Assembly: GCA_963815215.1 (NCBI GenBank)
Contig: CAWFFU010000008.1
Location: 64,001-128,000, forward strand
Reading direction: 5' to 3'
Length of the DNA stretch: 64,000 nt
From: an uncultured Trueperaceae bacterium
GTDB lineage: Bacteria > Deinococcota > Deinococci > Deinococcales > Trueperaceae
The notes beneath the pieces were generated by a model. The model ran no database searches. It saw nothing but the letters and a program-made list of their open reading frames with translations, and was not told the origin of the DNA. The position numbers and the translations under genes are program-made. Below are positions 59,611-64,000 of this stretch, in pieces. Positions within the stretch are counted from its first letter, which is position 1. The number at the start of each line of letters is the position of its first letter.

Positions 59611-61515
59611 ATGCCGAACGAGACCATCGCCTTCAAGACGGAGATCACCCAGCTCCTGGACATCCTGGTCCACTCGCTCTACACCGAGCGCGAGATCTTC
59701 CTTCGCGAGCTTCTGTCCAACGCCTCCGACGCGCTCCACCGCTTCAAGCTGGAGAGCCTCGGCCAGGGCGAGGTCGCCGACCCGGCGCTGGAGCCGGGCA
59801 TCTGGATCGAGCCCGACGCCGACGCCGGCACGCTGACGGTACGCGACAGCGGCCGGGGCATGAGCCGCGACGAGCTGGTGCAGAACCTCGGTACCATCGC
59901 CCACAGCGGAGCCCGCCGTTTCGCCGAAGCCATGAAGGAGCTCAACCAGGGCGACAGCGCCTCCGCCCGCGACCTGATCGGCCGCTTCGGCGTCGGCTTC
60001 TACAGCGTCTTCATGGTCGCCGACGAGGTGGAGGTCCGGTCGCGCGGCCTGGCGCCGCAGGAGGAGCCCGCTCGTTGGCTCTCGCGCGGCGACGGCAGCT
60101 TCGAAGTGGGGGCGGCTGAGGACTGCGAGCGCGGCACCGAGGTGCGGCTGCACCTCAAGGAGGACGCCCGCGAGTTCCTGGAGCCGCAGCGTCTGCGTCA
60201 CATCGTGCGTACGCACTCCAACTACGTGCCCTTCCCCATCTACCTGCGCGAGGACGGGGCCTGGACCCAGGTCAACGACCGCACGGCGTTGTGGCGCGAG
60301 CGCCCCGGCAGCGTCAGCGACGAACAGCACCGCAGCTTCCTGGGGCAGCTCCGCTTCGGAGCCGAGGCGCCGCTGCTCACCGTCCACCTGCAGGCCGACG
60401 TTCCGCTGCAGTTCTACGCGCTGTTGTACGTGCCCGAGCACCGCGACCCGATGGCGCTGCGCGACCCCGACGGCGACGGACTGCGGCTCTACGCCCGCAA
60501 GGTGTTGATCGAGGAGCACAACCGGTCGCTGCTGCCGCGCTGGCTCCGCTTCATGGTGGGCGTGGTGGACGCCGAGGACCTGCCGCTCAACGTCTCACGC
60601 GAGACGGTGCAGGCGACGCCGGCGCTGAGTCGGATCCGGACCGTGCTCGGCAAGCGCGTGGTGGGCGAGATCGCGCGCCTCGCCGAGGAGGACGCCGAGC
60701 GCTTCGAGCGCTTCCTGCACGAGTACGGACCGTTCCTCAAGGAGGCCGTCGCCACCGACCCCGGGCGCGACGAGCGCATCCCCGACCTGTTGCGTTTCAC
60801 CACCACACGCGGCCAGGCGGTCTCGCTGAAGGACTACGTCGAGCGGATGAAGGACAGCCAGAACGAGATCTACTACGTGCAGGCCGACGACGTCGGGTCC
60901 GCGCTGGCGAGCCCCCATCTGGAGCCTTTCGAACGCCGTGATCTCGAGGTGCTGGTGCTGGAGGGGCCGCTCGACGCGTTCCTGCCGATGGGGCTGCCCA
61001 TGTACCACGACCACGCGCTGCGCGACGTCGGCGATGCGGACCTGGAGCTGCCCGACGTTCCCGAGCGGGATGGAGCCGAACGCCCTGCCGGCGACGGGGC
61101 TGCCGAGCTCGACGACGCACTCTTCGATCGCCTGCTGGAGCGCTTCCGGCGCTCGCTCGGTGAGCGTGTCGCGGAGGTGCGCGAGAGCCGCTTGTTGGAG
61201 CGCGGTCCGGCCCGGCTGGTGGCGCCGGCGGGCGCGCCGGCCGGGATGGAGCGGCTTCGGCGCCTCACGGAGGAGGGCTACCAGGCCGCTCCGAGGGTAC
61301 TCGAGCTCAACCGCCGCAGCGAGCTGCTCCGGCACCTCGGCGAGCGGCTGCGGGCCGATCCGGACGACGCGTTGCTCGACGAGCTCATCGTTCAGCTCTT
61401 CGAGACCCAGCTCCTGCTGGAAGGCCTGCACCCGAACCCAGCGGCCATGGCGGCCCGCATCGAGCGGCTGCTCACCGCGGCCAGCCGGGCGCCGGCGCCG
61501 AACGACTCAGAGTAG
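59611..61515 (+). CDS. htpG: Hsp90 chaperone HtpG
   Basis: HSLY..REIFLRELLSNASDA, D.G.GM, NLGTIAHSG, IGRFGVGFYS.FMV, LPLNVSRE, SPHLE. Confidence 0.96.
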   Translation: MPNETIAFKTEITQLLDILVHSLYTEREIFLRELLSNASDALHRFKLESLGQGEVADPALEPGIWIEPDADAGTLTVRDSGRGMSRDELVQNLGTIAHSGARRFAEAMKELNQGDSASARDLIGRFGVGFYSVFMVADEVEVRSRGLAPQEEPARWLSRGDGSFEVGAAEDCERGTEVRLHLKEDAREFLEPQRLRHIVRTHSNYVPFPIYLREDGAWTQVNDRTALWRERPGSVSDEQHRSFLGQLRFGAEAPLLTVHLQADVPLQFYALLYVPEHRDPMALRDPDGDGLRLYARKVLIEEHNRSLLPRWLRFMVGVVDAEDLPLNVSRETVQATPALSRIRTVLGKRVVGEIARLAEEDAERFERFLHEYGPFLKEAVATDPGRDERIPDLLRFTTTRGQAVSLKDYVERMKDSQNEIYYVQADDVGSALASPHLEPFERRDLEVLVLEGPLDAFLPMGLPMYHDHALRDVGDADLELPDVPERDGAERPAGDGAAELDDALFDRLLERFRRSLGERVAEVRESRLLERGPARLVAPAGAPAGMERLRRLTEEGYQAAPRVLELNRRSELLRHLGERLRADPDDALLDELIVQLFETQLLLEGLHPNPAAMAARIERLLTAASRAPAPNDSE

Positions 61516-62949
61516 GCTGCGGCGCCGCGGACGGAAGCGCTGCAGCAGCGCCAGGACGAGGGCGAGCAGGATCAGCGCGCCGCCGAAACCGAGCACGATC
61601 AGATGGTCGCGCAGCGGGATCGCCCACACGTCGGCGGGCAGCGAGGTGGCCAGGTAGCGCGCGCCTGCCGCCAGGCCGCCGAGCGCCCCGAACTGCGCCA
61701 GTGACGCCTGCGGCGACGCGGTCGCCGCGTGCAGCGAGGCCAGGCGCTGGAACACGTAGCTGCCGCCCGCGGCGCCCATCGCGATCGCGATGCCGGCGTA
61801 CGCCAGCCGTTGCAGCCCCGCCGAGGTGGCGAGCAGGATGATGAAGAACAGCAGCGATAGGACACCTGCCGACCACGTCCAGGTCAGGTAGCGGCGGTTG
61901 GCCGCCGCCGAGAAGGCGTTCAACGCCGGCGCCACGCGTTCCACCTTGGTCTTCTGATCGCCGCGCGTCATCAGCGCCACGATGGCCGATGCGCCTTGCT
62001 CGTAGCTGCGCTTGGCCAACGCGTCCAGCACGGCCGAATCGGCCTGCTCACGGGTGAGGCCCGCGAGCTCCGAAGCGGGTAGCAGGCCGGCCAGGCTCTC
62101 GCTCTTCTGCTGGTCACCCTGGACGGCCGCCTTGGCTTCGGCCAGGCGCGACGCGATGGCGTCCTGGTGGCCACGGAAGAGCGTGGCGTAGAAGCTGTGG
62201 AGGCTGGCGGGCACCGAGCCCTGCAACGCCTCGTCGTAGCGTGCGCGTAGGTTGGAGTTGACCACCTTCTGTTGCGTCGGCGCCGTGCCGTCGGCGAGGA
62301 CCGAGTCGGCCAGCTTGGAGACCACCATCTCGCCGATCTGACGGTTGTTCATGGTGCGGAGCTGCGCTGGCTGGGCGTAGACGAACACGCCGACGATGGG
62401 CTGGACCGGCTGACCGGGGTGGTCGAGCGCCTGCTTGGGCCAGTCGGCAAGGCGCGAGCCGTCCTCGAGACCCGACGGCAGCATCTGGGCCCCCAGACCC
62501 GCCCGCACCAGCTCGGGCACGGTTCCCTGCAGCGCCTGCTGGAGTTGAGCCCGGATGCCCGCGTCGGTCACCAGCTTGAGCGCTGCCGGGCCGCCGCCGC
62601 GGAGGGTCTCGTCGGTCAGTACGCCGGCGATCCGGTTGATGGCCTGGTCCACCGTGAAGGAGGGCACCTCGGTCGGATCGGCGTAGACCTCCACGCCGGG
62701 CAGGAGCGTGAGCTTCTGGCCCGGCTGGTAGGCCGCGCCGGTCCGGACCGCCAGTCCGGCGTTGCCCGATCCCTCGGGCAGCAGGGTGAGCGCGAGCATC
62801 TCGTGCAGCAGTGGCAGCGCACGCGAGCGCACCGACAACTCGGCCAGGCTGAACGCCAGCGTGCCGACCGCCAGACCGAGCATCAGCAAGATGGCGCTCA
62901 GCCACTTGACGTCACGATGCCAGGCGGGGCTCCGTTCGGTTCGTAGCAT
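61507..62949 (-). CDS. Hypothetical membrane protein with a large extracytoplasmic domain
   Basis: MLRTERSPAWHRDVKW... with RBS GAGGAG. One N-terminal TM, about 3 C-terminal TMs, internal repeats. Confidence 0.75.
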   Translation of the reverse strand: MLRTERSPAWHRDVKWLSAILLMLGLAVGTLAFSLAELSVRSRALPLLHEMLALTLLPEGSGNAGLAVRTGAAYQPGQKLTLLPGVEVYADPTEVPSFTVDQAINRIAGVLTDETLRGGGPAALKLVTDAGIRAQLQQALQGTVPELVRAGLGAQMLPSGLEDGSRLADWPKQALDHPGQPVQPIVGVFVYAQPAQLRTMNNRQIGEMVVSKLADSVLADGTAPTQQKVVNSNLRARYDEALQGSVPASLHSFYATLFRGHQDAIASRLAEAKAAVQGDQQKSESLAGLLPASELAGLTREQADSAVLDALAKRSYEQGASAIVALMTRGDQKTKVERVAPALNAFSAAANRRYLTWTWSAGVLSLLFFIILLATSAGLQRLAYAGIAIAMGAAGGSYVFQRLASLHAATASPQASLAQFGALGGLAAGARYLATSLPADVWAIPLRDHLIVLGFGGALILLALVLALLQRFRPRRRSLL

Positions 62950-63085
62950 CGACTCCTCATCCTCGGGGTGGCCACGGGCGGCACCCCTGGCCCGCGAGCG
63001 GGCGATGGCCCAGCTTACCGTGTCGGCCCCCGACCCCGTCAGCCCGGCGGCCGACAACCGCCGGAGCGACGCGTATCCTGGAGCC

Positions 63086-64000
63086 ATGTCCGACGTCGAT
63101 CCCAAGGCCGTCACCATCGTCCCGCTGCTCGGCCCGCTCCACCTACGGCTCCCGCAGTACAACGCCGTCAGCGTGCTGCGCTCAGTCGAGGCGTTCGAAC
63201 CGACGATGCTCGCGCTCGCGCCGCTGGCGCCGGGCGAGTTGGCCGAGCCCGGCTGGCAGGACTGCCTGGAGTTGCCGTTGCCACATACTGTGGTGCCGTG
63301 GGCGCGGCGCAGCGGGACGCGGTTGGTCGAGGTCGGCAGCCGCACCGACGACGAGGGCGCCGAAGGCGACTTCCGCCGCTACCTGCAGTCGTTCGAGGGC
63401 GGTCGAGCCCTGCTGGCCTCGGTGGACGCCGAGGAGCGCCCCATCCGCGAGCTACTGGATCGCCCGCTGACGCTCGACAGCGTGCTCGACGAGCTGCTCC
63501 CCGCCGTCGAGCACTTCCAGAAGCGGCGGCGTGAGGCCTTCGGCGAGGGCCCCGGCACCGGCTGGCAGGAGCAGCGCGCCCGCGCCGCGGCCGCTGCGGT
63601 GCTGGCCTTGGAGGGCGAGCGTATCGCCGTGCTGGCCGGCGTCGACGACGTCCCTTCGTTGTCGGCCGAGCTCGCCGGGCGGGTCACGCTGCGGCGCCCG
63701 CCCGCGCCGGCGGTCGACGACGCGGTCCGGCGCCGCAGCCTGCTCGACTACGCCATGCGCGGTGAAGCGCCCGACCCCGGCGCCCTGCTGGGTCAGCTCC
63801 AGGAGATCGACGAGCCGGAGGCGCGCTACCTCGAAGCCAACCTGTTGCTACAGGTCGGCGAGGCCCAGGAGGCGCTGGAGGTGCTCGAGAACGCCAGCAC
63901 GATGGACTTCGTGGAACCGTACTACCTGCCGGGTTTCCTCCTCTCCCGTCTCGGTCAGCTCTACGACCTGGTCGGGCGGCGCGATGCCGCCCTGCGCGCC
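63086..64000 (+). CDS. Hypothetical protein with C-terminal TPR-like helices; 3' end outside the window
   Basis: Open from ATG 63086 (MSDVDPKAVTIVPLLGPLHLR...) to the window end (...LLSRLGQLYDLVGRRDAALRA). TATCCT 6 nt before the ATG. Missing from the supplied track because it has no stop. Confidence 0.78.
   Translation, partial: MSDVDPKAVTIVPLLGPLHLRLPQYNAVSVLRSVEAFEPTMLALAPLAPGELAEPGWQDCLELPLPHTVVPWARRSGTRLVEVGSRTDDEGAEGDFRRYLQSFEGGRALLASVDAEERPIRELLDRPLTLDSVLDELLPAVEHFQKRRREAFGEGPGTGWQEQRARAAAAAVLALEGERIAVLAGVDDVPSLSAELAGRVTLRRPPAPAVDDAVRRRSLLDYAMRGEAPDPGALLGQLQEIDEPEARYLEANLLLQVGEAQEALEVLENASTMDFVEPYYLPGFLLSRLGQLYDLVGRRDAALRA

Noticed and set aside
61507..63345. 612-aa version of the membrane protein
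   Set aside because: The extension overlaps the divergent TPR-like gene starting at 63086; the RBS supports the ATG at 62949.

Overview
High-GC chromosomal window, most likely from a Deinococcota bacterium (Trueperaceae/Deinococcales-like). This is inferred from the RecA Walker [10 protein letters not shown], about 16 leaderless TAnnnT promoters, Thermus-type PaaR and FadR operators, a double-domain PaaB, a DR2231-like NTPase and a DUF4388 protein. It holds about 58 protein-coding genes. I found no rRNA, tRNA, CRISPR array, transposase or prophage gene. Main blocks: dsrE-tusA-sqr-DUF1641 sulfur module; two GGDEF/EAL proteins; SqdX-like glycosyltransferase; 2-oxoacid:ferredoxin oxidoreductase; stand-alone recA; an orphan 2-oxoacid dehydrogenase E1 alpha/beta pair divergent from paaR-paaABCD; a type III PKS-methyltransferase-flavin monooxygenase-UbiA cluster; htrA, acyl-CoA dehydrogenase, IDI-2, S8 lipoprotein protease, rhomboid, plsY-bshB1, meaB-coaD-hslO, xylB, comEA-comEC-kinase-holA, sodA, dsbA-dsbB, trmFO-threonine dehydratase-ltaE-aroE and htpG. 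The most striking unexplained signals are four. First, a recA whose first ~310 codons are synonymously skewed to G/T and avoid C, with a sharp boundary. Second, an unannotated ~165-nt multi-helix, pseudoknot-capable element upstream of trmFO. Third, a possible direct phenylpyruvate-to-phenylacetyl-CoA entry into the paa pathway. Fourth, a prenylated alkylquinone-type cluster whose monooxygenase and prenyltransferase are fused in frame. All family calls are by motif recognition only; no searches were run.
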